From Eubacteriales bacterium (lineage in GTDB: Bacteria > Bacillota > Clostridia > Christensenellales > UMGS416), in contig JBFLKU010000029.1 of the NCBI GenBank assembly GCA_040883315.1, positions 1 through 64,000 of the forward strand: DNA of 64,000 bases. Direction: 5' to 3'. How positions within the stretch are numbered: the first letter of the stretch is position 1; the number at the start of each line of letters is the position of its first letter. A model generated the notes under the pieces. That model did no database searches. It saw only the letters and a list, made by a program, of their open reading frames with translations, and had not been told where the DNA came from. The position numbers were made by a program, and so were the translations under genes. Shown in pieces: positions 1 to 9,091 of the stretch.

Positions 1-2028
1 GCTTTTCTCATTCAGCCTGTGTATCAGGTGGATAGAGCTGTCTATGCCAATTCCTATTATCAGCGGAAATGCCGCGATGCTGAAAACATTTATTTCTATA
101 TTAAGTATTGGAAGCAGCCCCAGAGTGGTGTACAGGGTCATCACCAGCGGAGTTACAGTCAGCAGAGCCAGCATTATTTTTCTGAAAAGCACAATGGATA
201 TTATCAGCACTATTGCAAAGCAGAAAATACTTATTTTAATAATGTCTTCTTTCACCAGCTCAGTTATTTCATTGAATACCGTCGGCATGCCTACAGGGTA
301 TCTGCCTGATGCTTCATATATCGCATCAATCAGCGGCTCGTATTCATCCCTTGCATACATGTTTACAGCAGGCACTATCTCTGCACGCACTCTGCCGTCC
401 TTGCCTAAATAATTGCTCTTTATGCTCTCTGGCAGGTCATCTGTGGTCATCTCCTCAAGTGTGAATTCCCCAAAGACATCCATACCCATCTGCTGCAGCA
501 TAGCATCGAGGCGGGTGATAATATCCAGCTTGTATTCCATATCCTCGGGCATATAGTCGAATATGCTGTCTATTTGCTCGATATCTCCTCTTTGTGACAG
601 CCTTTCTGTTATCTCCTGCAGCTCATCTTGGCTTTCTCCATATATGCTGATAGTGTCGGTATTGTAGTTGAATGATTTTTTCACCTCGTCTGCCCAATAC
701 AGGCTGTGTATGTTATCGGGGTATATTGCCGCCATATCGCTCTGTATGGTGGTGCCTTTCACATTGATAAACAGTCCGCCCAGCACAGCAATCATAATAA
801 TAAATACTATCCATGGTCTTTTTATCATAAATTCGCTTGTGCTTTTCAGCCAGCCAAGACGTATGCTTTTGGCGGATTTCTCATTGCTCTTTTTGTCAAA
901 TATAATTATTATTGCAGGCACTAATATCAGCATGCCGCCGCATAAACATACCAGCCCTATGGCGGAGACCACACCCATCTGCTCGAATGCACGGAATTTC
1001 GCGAAGGCAAATGAAGCAAATGCCAGTGCTGTGGTTACTGCGCCAAATATTATGGAGCTGCCTGTGGATTTGCTGGATATATCCACAGCTTCTTTTTTGT
1101 CTATGCCCTTTGCTCTCTCCTCCTGATAGCGTGTGAGCAGGTGAACTGCAAAGTCTATTCCCAGCCCCAGCAAAAGCAGGGCAAAGCTGACGGCGAACAT
1201 ATTTAGCGAGCCATATATTATATATGCAGCTGCCGCAGCCATCACTGCCCCCAGAACCAGCGGATAGATAGACAGAAGCGGCAGTTTCAGGCTTCTGAAA
1301 AACAGAATAAGCACCAGCAAAATCAAAACCAGAGTGACAGCCATAGTGCCAAAGAGCCCTTCGAATGCTACGGCATCTGATTCTATATCCTGTATAAATG
1401 CCCCGCCTGTAAGCCCGGAATCCAGAGCTGCAAATCTATCCTCTGATAGCAGCTGGTCTACTGTGCTGTTCACGCCGTCGTAAAAAGACTGCCTGGAGCC
1501 AAGAAAGTCTGTATTGTCCAGCCTAGGCTTTATTATCATCATGTAGTGGGTTTTGTCGTCATTCACTAGATACTCGGCAGTATCCTCCTGTGCATCCATC
1601 TGCCTCTCTATATCCTGCAGTGTTGTCTGTATGGCTATAAGGTCGCCGTTTTGCATAGCTGTGTCTATGTCGTCGTATATTTTTTTGTCTGCGTATGCCC
1701 ATGCAAAGGGCATCATCTCGTCTGTATCCACCATATACATGATGCTGTCTATGTATTCTTTGTCTTCCAGTTCATCTGCCAGCACGCTCAAGTATTGCTT
1801 TGCGGCTGCTTCAAATTCGCTGCCTGCTGTGCCGCCCTTTTGCTTTACAACCACCAGCACCTGGTCCTGCCCGTCGAAATACTTATTGAATTCTGTGGAT
1901 GCCAATAGGCTTGGGCTGTCCTTTGGCAGCATCTCCTCCATGTTGGATATTATCTCTAGCTGGCTGATAGCCAGCAGAGAAAGTGCGAATATTGCAAGGC
2001 TGATTATAAGCCTTAATTTTGCTTTCAT
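1..2028 (-). CDS. MMPL-family (RND superfamily) membrane transporter, partial (3' end beyond window start)
   Basis: Reverse-strand translation from ATG at 2026-2028 gives MKAKLRLIISLAIFALSLLAISQ... with a large periplasmic loop and two TM bundles typical of MMPL/RND exporters. RBS GGAG lies 6 nt upstream. Not in the ORF track because it has no in-window stop. It sits 9 nt downstream of the TetR gene. Confidence 0.8.
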   Translation of the reverse strand, partial: MKAKLRLIISLAIFALSLLAISQLEIISNMEEMLPKDSPSLLASTEFNKYFDGQDQVLVVVKQKGGTAGSEFEAAAKQYLSVLADELEDKEYIDSIMYMVDTDEMMPFAWAYADKKIYDDIDTAMQNGDLIAIQTTLQDIERQMDAQEDTAEYLVNDDKTHYMMIIKPRLDNTDFLGSRQSFYDGVNSTVDQLLSEDRFAALDSGLTGGAFIQDIESDAVAFEGLFGTMAVTLVLILLVLILFFRSLKLPLLSIYPLVLGAVMAAAAAYIIYGSLNMFAVSFALLLLGLGIDFAVHLLTRYQEERAKGIDKKEAVDISSKSTGSSIIFGAVTTALAFASFAFAKFRAFEQMGVVSAIGLVCLCGGMLILVPAIIIIFDKKSNEKSAKSIRLGWLKSTSEFMIKRPWIVFIIMIAVLGGLFINVKGTTIQSDMAAIYPDNIHSLYWADEVKKSFNYNTDTISIYGESQDELQEITERLSQRGDIEQIDSIFDYMPEDMEYKLDIITRLDAMLQQMGMDVFGEFTLEEMTTDDLPESIKSNYLGKDGRVRAEIVPAVNMYARDEYEPLIDAIYEASGRYPVGMPTVFNEITELVKEDIIKISIFCFAIVLIISIVLFRKIMLALLTVTPLVMTLYTTLGLLPILNIEINVFSIAAFPLIIGIGIDSSIHLIHRLNEKS

Positions 2029-2037
2029 AATGCGCTC

Positions 2038-2616
2038 CTATTTTACTGTTTTTTTAAGCAAAAATTTCAAATTCTCCTCCAAATCATCCATGCTAAAGTC
2101 CAGATCTCCTGCTACTACTTTGTCTATCAGCTCGTGTACTCCCATTATCAGGTAGTAGGCAGTAAGTGATGGATCTAAAACATCTATCTTGCCGCTTTCC
2201 TTGCCCACTTTCAGCCATTCACATATAGGGCCGTGCATTTGATAAATATATTTTTTCTCCATGTTTTCTCTGCCTAGAAAGTTTATAAACCTGACTTTGT
2301 GTATCATGCGGAGAATTTTGATGTTCTTCCGCACATAGTCCACTATATAGGTCACCATATCATCAATATCCTTTGATTCGTGCCCCAATATACGGAAGGC
2401 TTCAAACCATTTGAAGACTGGTAAGAGCTGATGATCTATAAAATGCCAGACCAGATCGTCCTTTGACTCGAAGTGAACATAAAACGTACCCTTTGCCACG
2501 CCTGCTCGATTTGTGATGTCGCTGACTGTCACTTTGCTTACGCTTCTTTCCATAAACAGCTCTTTTGCAGCCTCGACGATGGCATTATGGGTGTCTTTTG
2601 CCTTTTGTGTTTTCAT
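2038..2616 (-). CDS. TetR/AcrR family transcriptional regulator
   Basis: N-terminal HTH 'EAAKELFMERSVSKVTVSDITNRAGVAKGTFYVHF' is a TetR_N signature. Co-directional and abutting the MMPL transporter. Confidence 0.85.
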   Translation of the reverse strand: MKTQKAKDTHNAIVEAAKELFMERSVSKVTVSDITNRAGVAKGTFYVHFESKDDLVWHFIDHQLLPVFKWFEAFRILGHESKDIDDMVTYIVDYVRKNIKILRMIHKVRFINFLGRENMEKKYIYQMHGPICEWLKVGKESGKIDVLDPSLTAYYLIMGVHELIDKVVAGDLDFSMDDLEENLKFLLKKTVK

Positions 2617-2660
2617 TTATTTCTCCTCCATATGTGCGCACAATGGATTTATGACCGTTA

Positions 2661-2675
2661 GTCATATTTTCATTA
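2661..2675. promoter_or_regulatory. Palindrome ATGACcgttaGTCAT upstream of the TetR start, a candidate TetR operator
   Basis: Inverted repeat with 5-bp arms about 45 nt upstream of the TetR start codon. Confidence 0.25.
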
Positions 2676-2762
2676 TAAGGCTTTCTTCCGGTAAAAGAAA
2701 TAGTCAATTGTTGTGCATTGGTCAGTTTCATCATTTTGCTTTTTCAAAAATTTAATAAAATA

Positions 2763-2771
2763 TGGTATAAT
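2763..2771 (+). promoter_or_regulatory. Extended -10 element TGgTATAAT, putative promoter for the 2784 ORF (possibly a leaderless mRNA)
   Basis: TGnTATAAT match 12 nt upstream of ATG 2784. No SD precedes that ATG. Confidence 0.3.
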
Positions 2772-2783
2772 TATATATTACGT

Positions 2784-4046
2784 ATGAGGAGGATATTTAT
2801 TATTTTAATACAGTATATTACAAATGGAAACCGTATAGAATTTAAAAAACTGGAAGTTACTCAAACTTCTTTGTTTAAACCGAAAGCATTTGATGCATTC
2901 GATATCAATCTAATTGATTTGAGTACTGAATCTATATGGAAAAATGATGGTGATTACAAAGGAATAAATATTGGAAATGAAATTAATGATTTAAATATGA
3001 TAATTAGTAATGGAACAAAATCAAAAATAATTATTTTGTTACCACAAAATTGTACTTTTAATTATGGGAAAGCTAGTAATGGTAAACTCGTTAAAAAAAT
3101 AGCATTAAAGGATAATATAGGGACATTACAAAACATATTATTTAGAAATTTGGCATATGTTGGATGGGATCAGCATAGAAAACTTTTGCTATATGGACAA
3201 ACACAGACTAAAATTAATAATGAGGTGGCCTATGCTGACTTCTCTTTTATCCAATTAAGTTTTCTTAATAAAGATAAAGTTAAACCAATAACATTTGATA
3301 GTTCTGGGAAGTATATTACAACAGTAGAAATGCATAAAAAAATATTAACTACATTAGATATAGGAAATTCCGAAGAAAAAATAATGAATTTTCTTACAGA
3401 AATTAATTTAATAAATGAAAAGGAAATAGAACCGGAATGGTTTAAAGATATAGAGAGATTAGACGACAAAGAACTAAATGAAGAAAAAAGTAAAATTGAT
3501 ATTCAAATTGATAGATTAAATAAAAAAAGAAATGATATAGAACTCAAGCTAGACAAGAATAAAAAAATAAAATCTATTCTTTATACAAATGGCAATGAAC
3601 TAGCAAACCAGATTTTAGAGATACTTGAAGAAATATTAGAATGTGATTTAACTGAATTTGAAGATAAACATAAGGAAGATTTTAAAATAGAAAAAGATGA
3701 TAATATTTTCATTGGAGAAATAAAGGGTGTAGGAAATAACGTTCAAAACAAGAATGTTTCTCAGCTTGATGTTCATGTTCAGGAGGAAATAGATGCTCGA
3801 AACGAAGAAGAATTAGAAAATATTAAAGTTAAAGGTATATTGATAATGAACACATTCCGAAATATTATACCTAATGAAAGAAAAAATATTAGCAAACAAC
3901 AAGGTGACCTTGCAAAAAGAAATGGTTCATTAGTTATTACTACACTACAATTATTAGAATTATATGAAAAATATTTATCCGGTGAAATATCAAATAAAGA
4001 CATATTAAATATTTTTAAAACCCAAATAGGTATACTAAAACTATAG
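2784..4046 (+). CDS. Hypothetical protein with a central coiled-coil, in an AT-rich island
   Basis: Long ORF (track 2718-4046, first ATG 2784) in markedly AT-rich DNA. The central region 'LDDKELNEEKSKIDIQIDRLNKKRNDIELKLDKNKK...' is a heptad-like coiled-coil. The C-terminal part contains 'DDNIFIGEIKG', a possible D...ExK. I do not recognise the family. Confidence 0.5.
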   Translation: MRRIFIILIQYITNGNRIEFKKLEVTQTSLFKPKAFDAFDINLIDLSTESIWKNDGDYKGINIGNEINDLNMIISNGTKSKIIILLPQNCTFNYGKASNGKLVKKIALKDNIGTLQNILFRNLAYVGWDQHRKLLLYGQTQTKINNEVAYADFSFIQLSFLNKDKVKPITFDSSGKYITTVEMHKKILTTLDIGNSEEKIMNFLTEINLINEKEIEPEWFKDIERLDDKELNEEKSKIDIQIDRLNKKRNDIELKLDKNKKIKSILYTNGNELANQILEILEEILECDLTEFEDKHKEDFKIEKDDNIFIGEIKGVGNNVQNKNVSQLDVHVQEEIDARNEEELENIKVKGILIMNTFRNIIPNERKNISKQQGDLAKRNGSLVITTLQLLELYEKYLSGEISNKDILNIFKTQIGILKL

Positions 4047-4214
4047 TAAATCAAATGAATTTTAAATGACTATATGCTTATTATTACCATATTTTGTTTA
4101 GTAACAGCCCCATGTGGGTATATTAATAAATACAAATTAGATACAAATTACAGAGCAATTGATAGGGCGTTGGCAAATTGAGAGAGTACTTGAAAGCAGA
4201 TGGAGGGTGCACTG

Positions 4215-5033
4215 ATGAGATTTGTAACCGACAACAATTTTGCAAAAAAGCATGCAGAGGAACAATACAAAATAGCCGAAGACTACTATGAAAACGGTGA
4301 GTATGAGCTGGCTGTGAAGTATTTTAAGAATGCTGCCAAATCCGGACACGCAAAATCACAAAACAAGCTAGGCATATGCTACGCCACAGGCAGAGGAGTG
4401 GTGCAGAGCTATTATAATGCCCTGCAAAGCTATATGCAGGCGGCAGAGGCAGGATACGCTGGGGCAATACACAACGTCGGCCTTTGCTACTATCATGGCT
4501 ACGGCGTAGAAAAATCCTACCCTACAGCTTTAGTATACTTCAGACAGGCTGCTGAAATGGGCTACGCAAAATCTCAATATAATCTCGCCTGCTGCTACTC
4601 CGAGGGCAAGGGAGTGCAAAAGGACGAAAAAACGGCATTTGAATGGTACAAAAGTGCCGCTAGCCAAGGCGACGCCAACGCACAGTATAGCCTAGGCGTG
4701 TGCTACCAAAACGGGCTGGGAACAGAGCCCGACTACAAAAAGGCAATAAAATGGTATGAAAACGCAGCAGAGAATGACGACGCAGTGGCAATGTATAACC
4801 TTGGCTGCATGTATAATATCGGCGGCGAAGCCGAGCAGGACGACGACATGGCACATGAATACTTCGCAAAATCTGCAGAGCTGGGATATGCTCCTGCAAT
4901 GTATAATCTAGGAATGTGCTATGAACACGGCGTTGGGGTTGACGCGGACATGGATGTTGCATTAAAATGGTACAAAAAGGCAGCCGACCTAGGCGACGAA
5001 CTGGCAGCCGAAAAACTGAATGAACTGGAGTAA
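4215..5033 (+). CDS. Sel1-repeat (SLR/TPR-like) protein
   Basis: Repeated ~36-aa units '...KSQ(N/Y)(K/N)LG(I/V)CY..G.GV..(D/S)Y..A..WY.KAA..G.A.AQY.LG.CY'. GGAGGG RBS 7 nt before ATG 4215. Confidence 0.85.
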   Translation: MRFVTDNNFAKKHAEEQYKIAEDYYENGEYELAVKYFKNAAKSGHAKSQNKLGICYATGRGVVQSYYNALQSYMQAAEAGYAGAIHNVGLCYYHGYGVEKSYPTALVYFRQAAEMGYAKSQYNLACCYSEGKGVQKDEKTAFEWYKSAASQGDANAQYSLGVCYQNGLGTEPDYKKAIKWYENAAENDDAVAMYNLGCMYNIGGEAEQDDDMAHEYFAKSAELGYAPAMYNLGMCYEHGVGVDADMDVALKWYKKAADLGDELAAEKLNELE

Positions 5034-5074
5034 GTACCATTATAAAAAAGAATAATACTCGCAAGAGAAAGAAA

Positions 5075-5911
5075 GTGAGCACAAAGGCAAGGCTGATTGA
5101 TTTGGCTATTATAATTGTGCTGCTACTCACCGGGCTATACAGAGGGCCTGTGACAAGAAACTACAATGTAGAATCCGACAAAATACAAAACGAAATAACA
5201 ATAGCTGTGGCGGCAGACCTGCACAATCAGTTTGTGGGCGAAGACCAGCAAAAGCTGATAAAAAGGCTGGAAAAGGCACAGCCGGATATCATACTGATGC
5301 CGGGAGACATGACCAACTCCCCTTATGCAATAGACGGCATGGTCAGCTTTATGAAGCAGGCGGCAGAGATAGCCCCCTGCTACTATGTGATAGGCAACCA
5401 TGAATACTGGAGCGGTGAGTACCAGAAAATATTAGACATAGTGGAGCAAACAGGCGTGGTGGTGCTGCGCAGCGAGATGACACAGCTAGATATAGCGGGC
5501 AGCACAATAGAGCTATACGGAGTAGATGACTGGGATGCGAATATATGGGATGCCACATACAAAGAAAAAAACTGGGCTGCTCATCTGGATGAGATGTGGA
5601 CAGAAAATGATGAAAACACCTTCAGAATATTGATGAGCCACCGCCCGGAGCGAGTGGAAGACTATAAAGAATATGAATACGACCTGATAGTATCCGGGCA
5701 TGCCCACGGCGGACAGGTGCGGATTCCGTTTTTTTTAAATGGGCTGTATGCACCCGACCAAGGATGGTTCCCCAAATATGCAGGCGGCGAATACCAAATA
5801 TCTGATGCCACCACAATGATTGTGAGCCGCGGCATATATAATTACCCCAATATGCCAAGAATATATAACCCATCGGAAATTGTTATAATAACAATTTCCG
5901 GAAACAATTAA
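5075..5911 (+). CDS. Metallophosphoesterase (calcineurin-like phosphoesterase), membrane-anchored
   Basis: Motifs 'GDMTN', 'GNHEY', 'SGHAHGG', with an N-terminal TM segment. GTG start. The last about 12 codons are encoded by the first palindrome of the downstream repeat array. Confidence 0.8.
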   Translation: MSTKARLIDLAIIIVLLLTGLYRGPVTRNYNVESDKIQNEITIAVAADLHNQFVGEDQQKLIKRLEKAQPDIILMPGDMTNSPYAIDGMVSFMKQAAEIAPCYYVIGNHEYWSGEYQKILDIVEQTGVVVLRSEMTQLDIAGSTIELYGVDDWDANIWDATYKEKNWAAHLDEMWTENDENTFRILMSHRPERVEDYKEYEYDLIVSGHAHGGQVRIPFFLNGLYAPDQGWFPKYAGGEYQISDATTMIVSRGIYNYPNMPRIYNPSEIVIITISGNN

Positions 5912-6430
5912 TAACCTAAAACTGCTATCACTTCCACATGCCTGCAAAATTTATTCGTAAGAATAAATGCAAGTGCTAGCAGGCTGGATGGCGTGGAATA
6001 CACTAAAGCACAGTGGAAATCGTGATTATCACGATTTCCGGAAACAACTAAACTATCGAAACCAATATCATCTTCCACATGCCTGCAAAATTTATTCGTA
6101 AGAATAAATGCAAATGCTAGCAGGCTGGATGGCTTGGAATACACTAAAGCACAGAGGGAAATTGTTATAATAACAATTTCCGGAAACAATTAATAAACTA
6201 GGATAGCTATCATCTTCCACATGCCTGCAAAATTTATTCGTAAGAATAAATGCAAATGCTAGCAGGCTGGATAGAGTGGAATACACTAAAGCACAGTGGA
6301 AATCGTGATTATCACGATTTCCGAAAACAATTAATAAACTAAAACAACTATCACTCCCCCATGCCTGCAAAATTTATTCGCAAGAATAAATGCAAAAAGC
6401 TAGCAGACCGGATAAAAGACTTATAAGGCA
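5875..6430. repeat. Tandem array of a ~141-bp structured repeat (about 4 units plus a leading partial unit)
   Basis: Unit starts at 5901, 6041, 6183 and 6324 (period 140-142). Each unit carries CATGCCTGCA, the hairpin ATTTATTCgtaaGAATAAAT, GCAGGCTGGAT..AGCACAG and a perfect 25-nt palindrome GGAAAT[CGTGATtATCACG or TGTTATaATAACA]ATTTCC. Confidence 0.85.
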
Positions 6431-6437
6431 AAAACAT

Positions 6438-7091
6438 ATGATAAAAATGAAAATAAAAGCAATAATTTTTGATTTGGATGGTGTTCTGCTTTTCACAGAT
6501 GAATACCACTATCTTGCATGGAAAAAAATCGCAGATGGAATAGGCGTGTATTTTGATCGCAAAATAAACAACCGACTAAGGGGCGTCAGCAGAGAAGAGA
6601 GCCTGGAGATAATACTGGAGAATGATGCAAATCGATTTGACAGCTATGAAAAGAAGGCTTTTCTGAATGAAAAAAATGAATACTATAAAAAACTGCTGCA
6701 GAATATGACTCCAGATGATGTGGAGCCATTAGTGCGGGAAACCCTATCGAAAATTAAGCAAATGGGCTACAAAATAGCCATTGGCTCATCCAGCAAAAAC
6801 ACCAAATTCATATTAGAGAGAGTGGATATGCTGAATGTTTTTGATGCCATTTCGGACGGCACAAATATCACAAATTCCAAGCCTGACCCCGAGGTTTTCG
6901 TAAAAGCTGCACAGATGCTGGATGTGCCTGCCGAGCAGTGCTGCGTGATAGAGGACGCCGCTGTGGGCATACAGGCAGCTAAGGAAGCAGGCATGGTGGC
7001 TATCGGCATAGGCGACGCCAGAAACTACCCAGAGTGTGACTATAAAATAGACAGCTTAGCAGAGCTTATAGACATAATAACTAATTATTGA
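6438..7091 (+). CDS. HAD-superfamily hydrolase, beta-phosphoglucomutase family
   Basis: 'IIFDLDGVL' motif I, 'SS..N' motif II, a K and 'EDAAVGIQAAKEAGM' motif IV. Start at ATG 6438 or 6447 (track ORF begins at 6390). Confidence 0.8.
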   Translation: MIKMKIKAIIFDLDGVLLFTDEYHYLAWKKIADGIGVYFDRKINNRLRGVSREESLEIILENDANRFDSYEKKAFLNEKNEYYKKLLQNMTPDDVEPLVRETLSKIKQMGYKIAIGSSSKNTKFILERVDMLNVFDAISDGTNITNSKPDPEVFVKAAQMLDVPAEQCCVIEDAAVGIQAAKEAGMVAIGIGDARNYPECDYKIDSLAELIDIITNY

Positions 7092-7109
7092 CACATTGGA
7101 GGACATCAT

Positions 7110-8072
7110 ATGAAAGCATTAAAAACATTTTTGGCAGTACTGCTGACCATAGCCATCGTTTTGGTATCTATTTGCACGGTGGTCTCTGTGAATTCCAGAG
7201 TTGTGTTTGCAAATCCTCAGTTTTATAGGGTATATTTGCCAAAACTTGGCGTATATGATGCAGTGTATGATATTACGATGGATTATATCGTTAATCAGGC
7301 ATTAGCGAGCGAAGGCCTGCACGGGCAGGAAGACATGATTTATGATGTGCTTACAGAGACCATTTCAAAGGAACAGTTCAGCGAATATCTGGGTCAGATG
7401 CTAGGCGATGCGCTGGATAGCATTGCATACAACAGAGGCGAAATGCACATGCCCATCAGGGACATTATAGATGATTTATTAGCTGCCATCGAAAACTCTT
7501 CTCAAATGGATGATATGGACGACGAGCAAAAAGAAATGGCGATGAATATAGTCAGAGATAAATTGTCTCTGCCTGATGGCGTGGACGATACTCTGCGGGA
7601 GTATCTTTACTACGGCTTTCAATATGACGAGCAGAAGATGGAAAAGATAGACTATGTGCTGGACGAGCAGGTGCATAGCTATGCAGTGCGGCTGACCAAC
7701 ACAGCAATACTTTCCTCCATTGTCTTAGCTCTGCTTATTGCATTATTATACTTGGTGTCGATGGATAAAAGAAACAGATTCCTAAAAATTCTCTCCGGCA
7801 TAAATATATTTTATATTGTTATCTATTTCATAGTAATCGGCACTTTGATTACAGCACTGTGCTTGGTGCCAGTGTGGCTGCAGGCTGACAAAGACAGTAT
7901 GCTAAATATGGTATCTACAGCTATCACTGATTTGGTGAAAAGCGTGCTGTATCTATCCATCATCGCAACTGTAATTTTGATTACACTAAAAATCATTTTC
8001 AAGCAGCTGATAAAGGCAAATAACACGAAAGCCCAAACTGCTATTTCCGAAAACGAGGATGATGCCTATTAA
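7110..8072 (+). CDS. Hypothetical membrane protein (N-terminal TM plus C-terminal TM cluster)
   Basis: RBS GGAGG 8 nt upstream. Hydrophobic N-terminus and a C-terminal polytopic region. No recognised family. Confidence 0.55.
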   Translation: MKALKTFLAVLLTIAIVLVSICTVVSVNSRVVFANPQFYRVYLPKLGVYDAVYDITMDYIVNQALASEGLHGQEDMIYDVLTETISKEQFSEYLGQMLGDALDSIAYNRGEMHMPIRDIIDDLLAAIENSSQMDDMDDEQKEMAMNIVRDKLSLPDGVDDTLREYLYYGFQYDEQKMEKIDYVLDEQVHSYAVRLTNTAILSSIVLALLIALLYLVSMDKRNRFLKILSGINIFYIVIYFIVIGTLITALCLVPVWLQADKDSMLNMVSTAITDLVKSVLYLSIIATVILITLKIIFKQLIKANNTKAQTAISENEDDAY

Positions 8073-8097
8073 GAGAGACCCGCCTATACTTGAAATG

Positions 8098-8128
8098 AAA
8101 AATACCACCTTATAAAAGGTGGTATTTA
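8098..8128. terminator. Bidirectional intrinsic terminator
   Basis: Perfect stem AAATACCACCTT-ataa-AAGGTGGTATTT flanked by A and T runs. It lies between convergent genes. Confidence 0.7.
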
Positions 8129-8162
8129 TTATATACAGTATTTTGCGTTTCTTGGCGTGCTG

Positions 8163-8783
8163 CTATTCTGCTGCTGCTTCCTCTGCTACTGCTGGTACTA
8201 CCACTGCATCATCATCCACAGTTTCTTCCACGAATTTAGCACCGTGTGTTATAACACATACTTGTGACTCCATAGGAGACATAATCTCGATGTTTTTGTC
8301 CTTTGTGATATCTAAATCGCTTACAAGCACAGAATCACCGAGTTTGTATTTAGATACATCAACATCAACATGGTCTATCAAATGCTTCGGCAATGCCAAA
8401 ATCTCTATTTCGTTCATTTGCTCCTGCAAAACTTCGTCCTTGCCGACAGATTCCTTATTCAAATAAATAATAGGCACATTTACTTTAATTTTTTCACCAG
8501 TTGTCAATGCCTGAAAATCCATATGAATTGTCTTGTATGTCAAAGTCTCTCTTTGAGATTCCTTGAAAATCGCCAGCTGTTCTTTGCCTTCAATATCCAA
8601 AAGCACCTGTGAACCCATAGACTGTGCCTTCATAAACTTCAGCACATCGATATGATCGATTTGAATACTTATCGGCTCTATATTATGCCCATATACCGTG
8701 GCAGGCACAAATCCACTCTCTCTGATTTTTTTTGCTTTTTGAGATAAATCTCTTTTCTTACATAACAATTTATATACTTCCAT
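8163..8783 (-). CDS. rplY: 50S ribosomal protein L25 / general stress protein Ctc
   Basis: About 206 aa with an acidic C-terminal tail. The N-terminal domain 'LL.IEG..Q.A..KE.Q.E.....IHMDFQ' is typical of L25/Ctc. Confidence 0.85.
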   Translation of the reverse strand: MEVYKLLCKKRDLSQKAKKIRESGFVPATVYGHNIEPISIQIDHIDVLKFMKAQSMGSQVLLDIEGKEQLAIFKESQRETLTYKTIHMDFQALTTGEKIKVNVPIIYLNKESVGKDEVLQEQMNEIEILALPKHLIDHVDVDVSKYKLGDSVLVSDLDITKDKNIEIMSPMESQVCVITHGAKFVEETVDDDAVVVPAVAEEAAAE

Positions 8784-9016
8784 TGTTATCCTCCAATAAA
8801 ATTTTTTATTATATCTATTATATCTTATACCCTAATTAGGAAAATTACAAATTTATTTCAATAATTAGCCTGCTTTGCGTCCATTTTCGCAGAGTATAAG
8901 GTGCATAAATATTTGCATATTCATGTCCCAAAAGAACCGCTAACAATATTCTAAATCAATGGTTTTACCAGCATACCAGGGCATATATTCGCTAGATTAA
9001 TTTTATTGTATTCTAC

Positions 9017-9045
9017 ATTTGACTTTATGTTTTTTAATAATTATA
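9017..9045 (+). promoter_or_regulatory. Sigma-70-type promoter (TTGACT-17-TATACT)
   Basis: -35 TTGACT 9017-9022, 17-nt spacer, -10 TATACT 9040-9045. About 45 nt upstream of ATG 9092. Confidence 0.4.
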
Positions 9046-9091
9046 CTTAAATTATCAGCAATAAATAAATATACAACTAATGGAGGAATAT

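Noticed and set aside
19-2155. Several + strand ORFs (19-309, 44-412, 668-1126, 1553-2155) in the first 2 kb
   Set aside because: They lie antisense to a continuous minus-strand MMPL transporter reading frame (ATG at 2028, RBS present) whose translation shows coherent transporter topology. The + ORFs have no RBS and low-complexity composition.
5908-6370. Minus-strand ORFs 5908-6189 and 6092-6370 with near-identical peptides
   Set aside because: Artefacts of reading through the tandem repeat units. Identical peptides simply reflect the DNA repeat.
5875-6430. Tandem repeats considered as a CRISPR array
   Set aside because: Units are ~141 bp and contiguous with no unique spacers. There are no cas genes. 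The internal structure is a two-hairpin unit, not a 25-40 bp repeat.
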